NCBI GenBank assembly: GCA_001643675.2
Contig: LSRY02000027.1
Coordinates: 310,001 to 374,000 of the forward strand
Direction of reading: 5' to 3'
Source: Monocercomonoides exilis PA203
Taxonomy: Eukaryota > Protista > Preaxostyla
Length of the DNA stretch: 64,000 nucleotides
Shown piece after piece: positions 1-12,452 of this stretch; the first letter of the stretch is position 1; each line of letters begins with the position of its first letter. Position numbers and translations under genes: made by a program. The notes beneath the pieces are model-generated. The model saw only the letters and a program-made list of their open reading frames with translations, was not told where the DNA came from and made no database searches.

Positions 1-3000
1 GAGAGAAGGGCGGGCGAGCGAGTGGGCAGACTCCGAAAGAGTGAGAAGAGTCAGCTCTTTCTCTGAGATGTCACACACAAGCTGACGGCGCGCATCGTCA
101 GATGGAAGGAAGTTCTGTCCGAAGACAAGAAGGATGTTCAGAAGAGACAGTACAAGCTCAATAGATGGGATGATCGAGGTAGACACAGCTGAACGTGAGG
201 AGAGAGATGAAGAGAGAGAATGAGAAGAAGAAGAGGAGGAGGAAGAGGAAGAAGACAAACCAGATGAAGGAGAAATAGCAGACAGTTGAGAAGAGGAGTA
301 TGCCATCGAGCGATTTGAATGCAAACGAGAAGAAGAAGAAGAAGAAGCAGGCGATGCTAAAGAAGAAGATGGTTGTGGAGTGTTCTGCAGTGAGTGCACC
401 ATCATCTCTGTGAAGTGTTCTAAGTCGTCCAGAAGAGACCGCCAAATCTTCTGCCACAATTTCACTTCGACGGCAACTGAGGAGGTGAAACGAGGGCTTT
501 CAGAATTGGAAGAAGAAGAATTTGAAGAAGAAGAAGAGGAGGTGGAAGAAGAAGAAGAATTAGATGAGATGGATGTGCCACCTGCAGATGCTGGCAGATC
601 TCCTGGTGATTGCAATGAAGATGATGAAGCTTGCCCTCCAGCTGTTTTTCCCTTGTCTCCCAATGAAGAAGAGCGGAATGCGGGCAAACAAGACGCAAAT
701 CCAGAGAAAGAGAAAGAGTTTGAGCCAGAAAGAGAAGAAGGAGATGAAGAGAGAAGAGTCTTCAGACGAGAGGCGCCATACATTACACGATACATCACAC
801 ACAAGACTTTTCTGTTGGATAAAGACAGATAATATTGACATAAGTACATTGGATACACATTCATATGAATAACAGGGGAAAAAAGAAAGAAAGAAAGAAA
901 GAAAGAAAATAATAAATTAATAAATTAATAATATTTATAAGTTTTTATTTAAATTCATAGGAGAATAGGATAGCCAACAGACCTTGTTTCATCAGGCTCA
1001 ACAATTGAGTGGCTGACACACAATCTGATGTACTCAGAGGCAGATAGCACAACAGCACATGCACTTGCTGAGGGGCCATAAAATGTAATGCAAGTTGTTG
1101 TTTCATCACTTGATGAGGAAGAACCAGAGTCTGCCGAAGAAGATGAAGACAAGGATGGACTTGCCGGAGAAGTTGAAGAAGAAGAGGAAGAAGAAGAAGC
1201 TGTCCCATCTGAGCTGTTGTTAGCATCTCCTTCCTTCTTCTGTTTCTCCCCCTGTTTCGTGAGGCTCTTGAACCAGCCTCCCATCCTCTCCACGAGCAGC
1301 GCCATCGGCTGCAGCACTTTCTCCCTCACGGCTGACAGGAAGCTCCACTGAGAGGGCTGTCTGAGTGTGACAGTAATGCCTCGCGGCGGCTGTGTCCGGA
1401 TGAGGGCGATGAGGAGGCGGTCACATTGAGCATAGAACAGGAAGATGTTGTGGAGGAGATGCAGACAGTGGAACAAGGGAGTGTCTGAAAGGGATTGGGG
1501 GGAGGAAGTGGGTGAGGAAGAAGATGGTGATAGTGATGGAGAAGAATAGGAAGAGGAAGAAGGAGAAGAAGGAGAAGAAGAATACGATTGAGACAAAGGA
1601 GTTGATGTTTGTGCTGTGACAGGAGTGGAGAATGACATGTTATGCGATGCATCTGACAGGGCAATGGAAAGAGTGGAGTGCAAATTGACAAGAAGAGAGA
1701 TGAACTCATAAACAGACTCATTTTCTGACAGAAGCACATTGATGGAAGGAATGGGAGGGGTTGAAGGAGAAGGCGGTTGAAGATTAGATGAGACAGATGC
1801 AGAAGAAGAAGAAATGATTGAAGAAGAAGAAGAAGATGATGATGATGAAGATGAAGACAAAGCAGGCCGTAGCACATCCACCATCCACGCGAGGAATGCA
1901 GAAGAAGACGAGAGGTGATGCACAATCAGCAATGCAGAGACAAGCAAGTCAGGCACAGAAGAGCACTCTTTCTCTCCTCTCTTTCTCCGCCAGCTGTCTG
2001 GTTTCTCTTCTTCTGAGCGGAGGAACGAATAGAAGACAGTGGTGATGCAGCGCACCATGGAGGCGTAGAGAAGAGTGGGGGGGAAAGGAGATTGGGTGTC
2101 TGATGCATCAGATGGATTGAGTGAATGAGATGAGGGAGAAGAGGACGAGACAGACAGTGGGAGAGAATAAGCAACAGGATTTGTGGTGGAACTGGCGGTG
2201 GAACGGGGCAATGAATTGGAGGAGAAAGAAGGATGCGACGAAGTGTCAGAGGAAAGCGAAGATGAGCGCGAATGAGAGAGATATGACTGTGATTGAAGAG
2301 CATTCCTCGAAGAAGCAGAAGAGGAAGAGGAGGAGGAAGCAGAAGTTGAGAATTCAGAGGAAGAGCCGAAACAGTGTGAGAGGCAATGAGAAGACAAAGA
2401 AGAAGAAGAAGTGGCTGAAAGTGAATGTGCAATGAACAGAGACAGAATGGAGAAAGAGAGCGAGGCAGAAAGATGATGCAGAGGGAGTGAGGGAAGGAGA
2501 GAGGTGGAGGTGGGCACGATGCAATATGAGGGCTGAGGAGGAGGAGCAGCAGAAACAGAAGATTGAGACTGGAGAGAAGAATATGGAGAAGAAGACGAGG
2601 GAGAAGAAGCTACAAAAGAAGAGGAGGAAGAGGAAGAAGTTGCTTGGTCAGATTCGGAAGGTGATGTGAGAGTTGAATTAGAAGGCTGGGTGTGCTCAGG
2701 AAAGGGAGTTGTTGATGGAATGGGCTGATTCAAAGAGAAAGAATTTGACACGTTTTTCTTTGGAGGAAGAAGCGAGGAAGGAGCAGAGGGCTTCATCAAA
2801 TACTGAGAGAAAGGTGAATAGAATGTCCATTCAAATAGATTAACATAAGATTCAACAACCAAAACAATAACAATGTCAATGTTTATATCTCAAAAACAAA
2901 ACATAAAAAAGCAGACCTTGACAACAGAACAGAGAAGTGATGCTCCATTGATGATGATGTACTCAGCCAGTGCAGAATTCGGCAGGTCTGGCTGGGCAGT

Positions 3001-4047
3001 CAGCAGATGGTGGACGATAGACAGGCAGAGCACTCTCATTTCAGCTGGGTTCACAGAGGGAGGAAGCAGAGGCAGTGGAAGCTGAGAGGAAGGAGATGAT
3101 ATGGATGAGAATGAAGAACAGGTGGATGTGGATGACGTGGACATCCGAGTGAAGTTGGAGGGATCGGAGATTGGAGATGGGTTTTGCAGCCTCTGAAGCG
3201 AGTTGCTTGAAATGGCTATATTTGTGTTTTGCATATTGCAGATAAATCACGTGCATTAACGTAGCAGTTCAACCAACCAATCAGATATTAATATAAATAA
3301 AGAAACAAATAATAAAATAATGAAATTTAAGATTCAAACATCGAGTTCCGGTTTGTAAAAATGAAGGCGAAGACGGAACAGAAGTCGCAATTGGCCTAAA
3401 TGCCTGTGGATAATGAAGAGATTGAGATGTCTGGTGTTCTGTATTTGAAATTGTTCCTAAACTCGATGGTTGCGAAACTGGACTGTCAAATGAATGGTGC
3501 GAAAGCACGCTGTTTGGCGTTGATGGAGATGTTTCTGATGAACTTTGTTGGATTGGAGTTCCCGACAAAATACATGAAATTGCATTCATTAATCGCTGAA
3601 AAAAGTTGTCAGCATGCTCAAAACCACATATCATTGATATAAGCTCAGAAGCAGAAAAAAGTAATTTATGATCTAGAAGCCCAGTGAATATAGTATCAAT
3701 AACCTAGTTAAAATGGAAAAAAGCATTTTTTAACAATTATTTCATCATTCATGATGCTGACATACACAGAGAGCATAATGTTGCCGGTGCAATGTGTTAC
3801 TTTCAAGTGCCGAAAGAGAATGACGTAGAAGACTATGAATTGTTGTCTATAATTTAGTATTTATTAAAATTTTGTTAATTATCAAAAATGAAATAATACC
3901 AGCACACACCTGATACGAATGCAACTTTGAAGTGTCCAACGCAGAAAAAAATTTATAAAACATCTTTGCATCAAAAGGTTGCATTGTGTGAGACTCTAAT
4001 TCAGAATAAACAAGTTGTTCATCAGTCTTCTTAAAAAGATGATCCAT
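1..4047 (-). CDS. ARMH3: ARMH3/C10orf76 (DUF1741)-like armadillo-helical protein, multi-exon, 3' end beyond the left edge
   Basis: Manual splicing from the ATG at 4047 across GT-AG introns joins ORFs 3847-4050, 3281-3634, 2890-3234, 955-2862 and an open frame at ~1-810. Ordered blocks resemble human ARMH3 as recalled: TIHSLLRHSLSAL..RQHYALCVIDTIFTGL..SELISMICGFEHADNFFQRLMNAI; EMRVLCLSIVHHLLTAQPDLPNSALAEYIIIN; LVLSLLNILLVFGQNFLPSDDARRQLVCDI. Long Ser-rich inserts separate the blocks. Confidence 0.72.
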
Positions 4048-4338
4048 CAAGAACTTAAACGAAAGATTAACAATTTATAGATATAAGCCATCAAAATAAA
4101 TAATATTTAAATACTTTTTGATATCCTGATTCGTCTTATATTTGCAACTGTCGGGTACAAAACAATGAACTTTATCCTTTTTGATCGACTAAATCCATTT
4201 CTGACTACTCTTTGGCTTTGATTTGCTGTGATTTTAAGGATATTTAAAAACTATTAAAACATATTTACTTCATCAAGGCAATAGAATTATTATTATCTAC
4301 AGCTTTATTGATATTGAATTACACTCAATTTCGCATTT
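4048..4338. promoter_or_regulatory. Probable bidirectional promoter region (291 bp)
   Basis: Short AT-rich gap between divergent ATGs at 4047 (-) and 4339 (+). Confidence 0.45.
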
Positions 4339-7300
4339 ATGTCAAATAAAGCGAAAACTTCATTTTTTGATCCCTCGAGGATTGGGCAGGTTCCTCAAGT
4401 AACCCCTTCGGCCATTAAAAAATCTCAAATGTTGCAAACAACAAAAACACTCTGCGAACGAGTATCTGCAGTCTGCCCTTCTGCAAGCACCCCTGCAACA
4501 CGCAATGTTTTATTTGTAAATTCCAGCGCAAAATTGATGACATCAACATCAATTCAGCTAAAGGTATTTTACCAGTTAATGTTCAAATATTTTTTGAATA
4601 ATTATTTTTAAAAAATTCTTTTTTTGTGTTTAAAATAAGGATGCTATGGAAAAACAACATAATTCATTCATTTGGTGCACTCACATTTTAACGACTAATA
4701 AAGGAAAATTAACAAGAATTCTAACTTCAGGAAATTTTGAGTCGATTATTTCTTCGATTCAGTCTTCATATAGTTCTTTACAAAAAATAAAACAGTATGA
4801 AACAAATAATTTATTTGAATTTTCTCGATTTTTCAAATTCCTTCAGAAGAAAACTTGATCTTCAAGCACAGCAGCAACAAGCTGCAATTAATGCATCACA
4901 AACCATAAAAGATTCCTCTAAACAGGATGCTGAAAGGCAGAAAAAGATAGAAGAAGATCGAATTTTGAAAGAAGAAGAAGAATTAATCAGGCAAAAAATG
5001 CTTATGATAGAGAAAATGCTGAAAGAAGATGAAGAACGTTTGAAAAAACAAGAGGAAGAAAGAAAAGCAAAGGAGGAAGAAGAAAGAATCAAAAGAGAAA
5101 TGGAGGAAAAGAGAAGAAAAGAGGAGGAAGAGAGAAAGAGGAGGGAGGAAGAAGAAAGGAAGAAGAAAGAAGAGGAGGAGCGCTTACGAAAAGAGGAAGA
5201 AGAAAAAAAACGCAAAGAAGAAGAGGAAAGATTAAGGAAGGAAGAGGAAGAGAGAAAGAAGAAAGAAGAAGAGGAAAGAAAAAGAAAGGAGGAAGAAGAG
5301 AGGTTAAGGAAGGAAGAGGAAGAACGAAAGAGAAAAGAGGAAGAGGAAAGAATAAAGAGAGAAGAAGAAGAAGAAGAACGCTTAAGAAAGGAAGAGGAGG
5401 AAAGGAAGAGAAAAGAAGAAGAAGAAGAAGAAAGGAAGAAGAAAGAAGAGGAAGAAAGGCTCAGAAAAGAAGAAGAAGAGAGAAAGCGTAAGGAGGAGGA
5501 GGAGAGGAAGAAGAAAGAGGAAGAAGAAAGACAGAAACGAGAAGAGGAGGAGAGAAGAAGAAGAGAAGAAGAAGAGAGAAAACGAAGAGAAGAGGAAGAA
5601 GAGAGGTTGAAAAGAGAAGAAGAAGAAAGAATTAAAAGGGAAGAAGAGGAGCGATTGAAAAAGGAAGAAGAAGAACGAATCAAAAAGGAGGAAGAAGAAA
5701 GAATAAAACGAGAAGAAGAGGAGAGATTGAGAAAAGAAGAAGAGGAAAGGAAGAAGAAAGAGGAAGAAGAGAGAATACGAAGGGAAGAGGAAGAACGATT
5801 GAGAAAAGAAGAGGAAGAAAGGAAAAGGAAAGAAGAAGAGGAAAGATTAAAGCGGGAAGAAGAAGAACGAATCAGAAAAGAGGAAGAGGAAAGGAAGAGA
5901 AAGGAAGAGGAAGAAAGGCTTAGAAAAGAAGAAGAAGAGAGAAAGAGGAAAGAAGAAGAAGAAGAGAGAAAGAGGAAAGAAGAAGAAGAAGAGAGGATGA
6001 GAAAAGAAGAGGAAGAGCGGAAACAAAATGAGGAAGTGGAGCGAAAGAAGAGAGAGGAAGAAGAAAGAAGAAAGGAAGAGGAAGAAAAAGCGAAGAAAGA
6101 AAAAGAAAAAGATAGTTTGCAAATTGAAACAGAAGAAAAAGAAAAGGAAAAGAAAGAGGAAGAAGAAGAGGGTGTTATGAAGGAAGAAGTTGAAAGACAG
6201 AAAGCAAATGATGAAGAGCAATTGAAAAAGGAAGAAGAAGAAAAGAAAAAGAAAGAAAAAGAGGAGAAAGAAGAGAGATTACAAAAGGAGAAAGAAGAAC
6301 AAATAAGAAGAGAGGAAGAAGAGAGGCAAAGAAGAGAAGAGGAGGAAAGATTGAAGAGAGAAGAAGAAGAGAGAATAAAACAAGAAGAGGACGAACGCTT
6401 AAGAAGGGAAGAGGAAGGAAGAAAGAAAAAGGAGGAGGAAGAACGAATTAAGAGAGAAGAAGAAGAAAGAAAACGCAAAGAAGAGGAAGAACGGTTGGGA
6501 AAAGAGGAGGAAGAAAGAGAAAGAAGAGAAGAAGAAGAACGTATTAGGAAAGAGGAGGAAGAGGAAGAGCAGAGGAAGAAGAAAGAAGAAGAAGAAAGAA
6601 AACGCAAAGAAGAGGAAGAACGATTGAGAAAAGAGGAGGAAGAAAGAAAGAGAAAGGAAGAAGAAGAACGAATCAAAAAGGAGGAAGAAGAAAGAATAAA
6701 ACGAGAAGAAGAAGAGAAAGAGAGAAAGAAGAAAGAGGAAGAAGAACGATTGAAAAAGGAAGAGGAAGAGAGGAAAAGAAAGGAAGAAGAAGAAAGATTG
6801 AGAAAAGAGGAGGAGGAGAGGAAGAAGAAAGAAGAAGAGGAAAAGGAAAGATTATTGAAAGAAACAGAAGAAAGAATAAGAAGAGAAGTTGAAGCAAAGC
6901 TTAGAAAAGAATTTGAAGAACGATTGAGAAGAGAAGAAGAAGAGAAGAAGAAGAAAGAAGAGGAAGAAGAGCGCGTAAAAAGAGAGGAAGAGGAAAGGAA
7001 GAAGAGAGAGGAAGAAGAAAGGATTAAAAGAGAAGAGGAAGAGAGAAAGAGGAAGGAAGAAGAAGAAAGAAAGAAGAGAGAAGAAGAAGAGCGTTTAAGA
7101 AGAGAGGAAGAAGAAAGAAAGAAAAAGGAGGAGGAAGAGCGTATTAGAAAAGAAGAGGAGGAAAGAAAAAGAAGAGAAGAAGAAGAGAGGAAGAGAAAAG
7201 ACGAGGAAGAGCGAATCAAGAAGGAGGAAGAAGAAAAATTAAGAAGAGAAGAGGAAGAAAGGAAAAGGAAAGAGGAGGAAGAGAGGAAGAGAATAGAAGA

Positions 7301-10300
7301 AGAGGAACGATTAAAGAGGGAAGAAGAAGAAAGAAAGAAGAAAGAAGAAGAAAGATTGAAAAGAGAAGAAGAAGAGAAGAGGAAGAAGGAGGAAGAAGAA
7401 AGAGTAAGAAAAGAAGAGGAGGAGAGGAAAAGGAAGGAAGAAGAGGATGAGAGGAAGAAGAAAGAGGAAGAGGAAGAGGAAGAGAAAAGAAGAAGAGAAG
7501 AGGTGAAAGCAAAAGAGACAAAGGCAATTGAAGTTGAAGAAGAAGATGAAGAAGAAGAATCGGAATGGGAAGAAGAAGACGAAGAAGGAGAGGAGGAAGA
7601 GGAAGAAGAAGATGGAATGAAAAAGGCACAGAAAAATGCAAATGAAGATGGTTTGCTTCAAACAGACAAGAAAGAAAGTTATTTAACTGACAATATAGAT
7701 GAAGGAAGAAAGAGAGAAGAAAATGAAAAGAAAGAAAAGAACGAAAAGAACGGAGAAGTTGGTGAGGAGGATGAAGAAGCCAGAAGAAGAAGAGAAGAAG
7801 AAGAGATTATTCGACAGAAGATGCTGATGATTGAGCAGATGGTGAAAGAAGACGAAGAAAGAATGAAGATGAAGAAGCAAGCAGACGCAAACAAGAAGAA
7901 GAAGATAGAGAAGGGGAAGGAGAAGAAGAAAGACAAAGAGAAAGAGAAGGAAGCTAAAAAGGCTATTCAAACAGGAGGGAGTGGAGGAGGAGGAGGAGGA
8001 GGAGGAAGTAACAGGAAAGCAGAAGAGGTCGAAATAGACATTGTGGAAGATCCTTCGATTCCTTCTCTCACAATCACCACTGCTCCTTCTGTGAATGCTT
8101 CTGCTTCTTCTTCTTCTTCTGCTTCTAATTCATCATCTTCCTCTTCTTCTTCAACAAACAGTCAACAAACATCTTCCTTTACATCTTCATTCACTCCATC
8201 TGCTTCTTATCTTCTGAATGATCCCAATCTCTTTCTCAATTCTCCTCGCATCACTCGCCTTGGAAGACAAGTTAACACTCAAACATCATCTTTATCATCG
8301 TCTTCTTCTTCTTCTTCTTCTTCTCTTCAAACTTCCTCTTCATCTTCCTCTTCTGAATTAACAGAATCCACATCATCATCATCATCATCATCTCCTTCTT
8401 CATCTTCTTCTTCGCCATCACAAATATCCTCTTCTTCTCTTTCCTCTTCTTCTTCTTCTTCTCAAAAGCGCCATCGTCCAAAGCGCACAATCATCCCTTC
8501 TTCTCCTCTCCTCACTCCAACCACACTCTCTCCATCCATCGGACCTTCTCCTCTTCCTCCTGCTTTCCTTTCTTCTTCCTCCTCTTCCTCTTCTCTTTCT
8601 TCCTCTTCCTCCTCTTCTTCTTTGGCATCTCCTTCCATTCATCCTCTCCCAATGTCTTCTCCTCTTTCTTCTTCTTCCAACTCTCCCTCACTCACTCCAC
8701 AAGCTGATCCTTCCTCTAACCATTCATCTCCTGAACAAACATCATCTTCTGCATCACAATTGACTTCTTCACAGCATTCTATTTCTTCTTCTTCTTCCTC
8801 CTCCTCTTCTTCTTCTTTACCTGCTAATATGAGTGATCTTAATTTTACACCAAACATCACACCACTCTCATCTGCTCCTTCGACCATTCTATCCACATCA
8901 TCAAATTCTTCCCTTTCTTCCACTTCATCACAAACACCCTCTTCAACAGCAGCACAAGCACCTTCTTCATCTTCCTCTTCTTCTCCTTCCTCCACCCAAG
9001 ATTCCTCTCCTGAATGCTCATCATCTTCTCCTTCAATGAATCGCTCTTCTTCTTCTTTGTCTCTTTCTCTTTCTCTTTCTCTCTCTGAAATCTCTTCTTC
9101 TCTCGTCGCTTTGCCTGCCCCGCCTGCCTCTCTTGCTGTTGACAAGTCTCTTCTCTCTCTCGGTTCGTTGCTATCTTCAACTGCTCCTTCTTCTTCTTCT
9201 TCTTCTTCTTCTTCCTCTTCCTCTTCTTCCTCTTCTTCCACCTCCTCCACTTCATCTGCATTGTCTTCATCTGAAGATAAACCTGCTACAAATGATCCAA
9301 ATAATATTCTGAATGACAACAAATATGAATCTGACACTCTCAAATCCACTAACAGCACACCACAACACTCAAAAATCATTTCAGCATCTTCTTCCTCCTC
9401 TTCCTCTTCACAACCATATGGTTCTCTTTCTCCTTCTTCTCCCTCCACTTCACTTTCTTCATCTTCCTCTCGATCTCCTTCTCGTTCACCTGCTTTTCCT
9501 TCTGCTTCAGTCCGAAGCACTTCTTCAGGTTTCTCTTCTTCTTCGTCTCTTTCTTCCTCTCCTTCTCTGCCTTTATCTTCTTTCACATTCACTTTCTCCT
9601 TTGATGACGACTCTGTTGTGCTGTCGCCCAGATCTCATGAGAGGAAGAAGAAGGAGAAAGAAGAGAGAGAAAGAAGAGAGAAAGAGGAGGAGGAGAAGAG
9701 GAAGGAGGAAGAGAGGAAGAAAAAGGAAGAGGAAGATCGATTGAGAAAGGAAAGGAAAGAAGAAAGAAGACGAATAAGGAAAGAAGCGAAAGAACAGAAG
9801 AAGAAAGAAGAGGAAGAGAGAAAAAGGAAAGAGGAAGAAGAAGAGCGGGCGATGCTTGCAGAGCAGAAGAGGAAGAAAGAGGAAGAGCTGAAGCGACAAG
9901 AAGAGGAAGAGATCAGAAGAAGCAATGAACTGTACAGGGCAATACGAGAGAGAGAGAAACTGCTGAGGGAATATGAAGAGAAGAGGAGAATTGAGATGGA
10001 GCTGCAAAGAGAGGCAGAGGAGAAAGAGATGGAAGAAAGCAGAAAAGAAAGAGAAGAATATCAGAAGCGGATGGCAGAGGAAGAGAAAGAGAGAAAGAGA
10101 GTAGAAGAGGAAGAGAGGAAGAAGAGGGAAGAGGAGGAGAAGCTGAGAAGAGCAGAGAAGATGAAGCTGAAGGAGAAGGAGAAGAAGGAGAAAGAAGAGA
10201 AGAGGCAGCAGAAAATATTGGCAGCGTTGCAGAGTTTGGATGCAGATGAAGGAGGAGCAGTGGACAAAGAGAAATACGATGGAGAAAGCGAAGACATTGA

Positions 10301-11621
10301 TGAGGAAGTGGCAGGTGGGGCAGAAGATATCAAAAGAGTGCTGAGGGAGAAGAAGAAGAGAGAGAGGCGAATGGAAGAGGAGAAAAAGAAGACAATCGAG
10401 ACGAAGAAAGGAACGAAGAGAAGAAGAGAAAAGGGAGGAGAAAGACAAGAGGACGGAACTGTTATGCCGAAGCCACCATCGTTGAGCTCTGATGAAGATG
10501 ATGATTACGAAAACGATGAAGATGAAGATGAAGATGAATTAGAAGGTGGGAAAGAAAGAAGTGGAATGAATGAGAAGAAGGATGAAGCCAAAGACAGTGA
10601 TGAATCTTCGTATGAAGAGTATGAAATAACTGATCCTGAGTGGAAGAGAAGAGAAGAAGAAGTGGAAGAAGCAGAGAGGCAAAGAGAAGAAGAGAAGAGG
10701 CGGAGGAAAGAAGAAAGAAGAATGAGAGGGGAAGCAGTGAATGATGATGAAGATGAAGATGACGATGATGATGAAGATATTTTAGATGAGTATTCGATGA
10801 TTGAACTGTCAACTGTTGCAGAAGCAGAAACATTGCAGGCAACTGGAAAAGCTAAGCAGAGGAAGACAATTATCATCAAGAAGAAGAAGAAGAAGAAGCA
10901 CCAACAAAACACGAAAAAGGCAGAGCAGACAAAGAATGTGAAGGGAGATGAGCCAAAAGCAAGTGAGAATCCGTTTATGAATCTTATTGCATCTGTTTCG
11001 CATCCAACAAGAAGAGCTTTGAAGAGAACGAGTTCAGCATCAGCACAAGGGATGGGGAGAGGAGAAGGTGAGAGAGAGGGAGAAGGGGAAGGGGAAGGGG
11101 AAGGAAAGAGGAATAGAAGAAGAGATTGTGAAAGAGGAAGCAAAGAAGAGTATGAGAGTGAGAGCAAAGCAGATTATAAGAGCCTCCATGCAATTGATAG
11201 AGTGACTGGTGAAGAAGAAGAAGATGATGATGATGAGACCGAAGAGACACCCACTGAAGTGGAAGATGAGATGTATCCATTCCATCCAGAGCACAAAATA
11301 AAAGTCAGCCAGAAGAAGATGAAGGAGAAGGAGAAAGGGAAGAGTTCAGAGACAGAATTTGGGCTGAGTGGAGGGAGCAGAGAAGAAGCAATGGAACAGC
11401 TGGCACAGATGAGGAAGGCAAACATGGCTGATTCTACATTCAACAAGAATGGATCAAACACAAAGGACAGAAGACAGATTGAGGAAGAAAGCGAAGAGAT
11501 TGACAAAGATGAAGGTGAAGAAGATGAAGAGAGTGACGAAAACTACGCTGTCATTCTTTCTCCTTCGCCTCGTATAGACGATGAGCCGGAGATTGGGCTT
11601 TATAACAGTAAGTTTTTCTGA
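4339..11621 (+). CDS. Very large ER/K-repeat (single alpha-helix-like) and Ser-rich low-complexity protein
   Basis: Exon 1 4339-4563, intron 4564-4639, exon 2 4640-4794, intron 4795-4846, exon 3 from 4847; all junctions are GT-AG and keep the frame. (R/K)3-4E4 repeats at ~4960-7510, poly-Ser at ~8090-9590, second charged block at 9640-10200. A possible last intron 11608-11780 (GTAAGT...TTTTAG) would move the stop to 11794. Confidence 0.8.
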
Positions 11622-12452
11622 GGGCATTGTTAATGTTTTGAATGGTTTGAGACGTTGTTTGATTGATTTCTCTCTGAAACTTGTATCCGTATTGGATTCG
11701 AAGAAAAAGATGAATAGCAAAATTATGATTTGTATTGAATTGTGACTCAAATGTGTTTTAAAAGTCTTTTTTTTTTTTAGCTTTCTTTCTTTGATTCTTT
11801 CTTTCTTTCATTAATCATAATTTTTAATCATTGTTTGTATTAATATTCTTATGTTTTGACTTTGTTTTATTTGTTTGTTCATTTCTCTGTATTTTATCGA
11901 ATAGCAAATGCTTTTTCCTTTGTTTTGAGAGCACCTGTAAAGCAATTTTTTTATTACCTTTTCTTTTCAAATTATGTTTTTGATGTGAGTTTACGTGTAG
12001 ATTAGAGGAAATTTGTTTGTTGAATGTTCGTTTCTTTATTTTCTGAGAGTCGCATTTCATTTGTTTAGTGAATCTCTTTCATCGGGATCTGAGTTCATAC
12101 AAGAATTCTTTCAGAAAAAACAATAATTTATTTATTTTATTTTATTTTTTTTCATTATTTTTGCTTTTGATCATAAATACTTCTTCAAAATAAAACGCAA
12201 ACAGAGAAATTGAAAATGAAAATGAAAAAAAGCACTTTATTCGGATATCAAAATTAATACATAAGAAATAAACACTTTGTAAATACTTAGAGGTTGTGTG
12301 CAAAAGAGCACACAACAATTGAAAATAAACATCTTTAATTATGTTCTCTCTTTCATCCTCTTCTTCATCCAGTTTACAAATTAATAAACTAACTTGATTA
12401 ATTTCGTTTAATATATTTTTTATTTATTTATTTATTTCATTCTAATAAGAGT

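Noticed and set aside
4862-7219. 785-aa antisense ORF (and many other S/F/L-rich or E/K/R-rich overlapping ORFs)
   Set aside because: Shadow of GAA/AGA codon repeats, which lack stops on the opposite strand; no independent coding signal.
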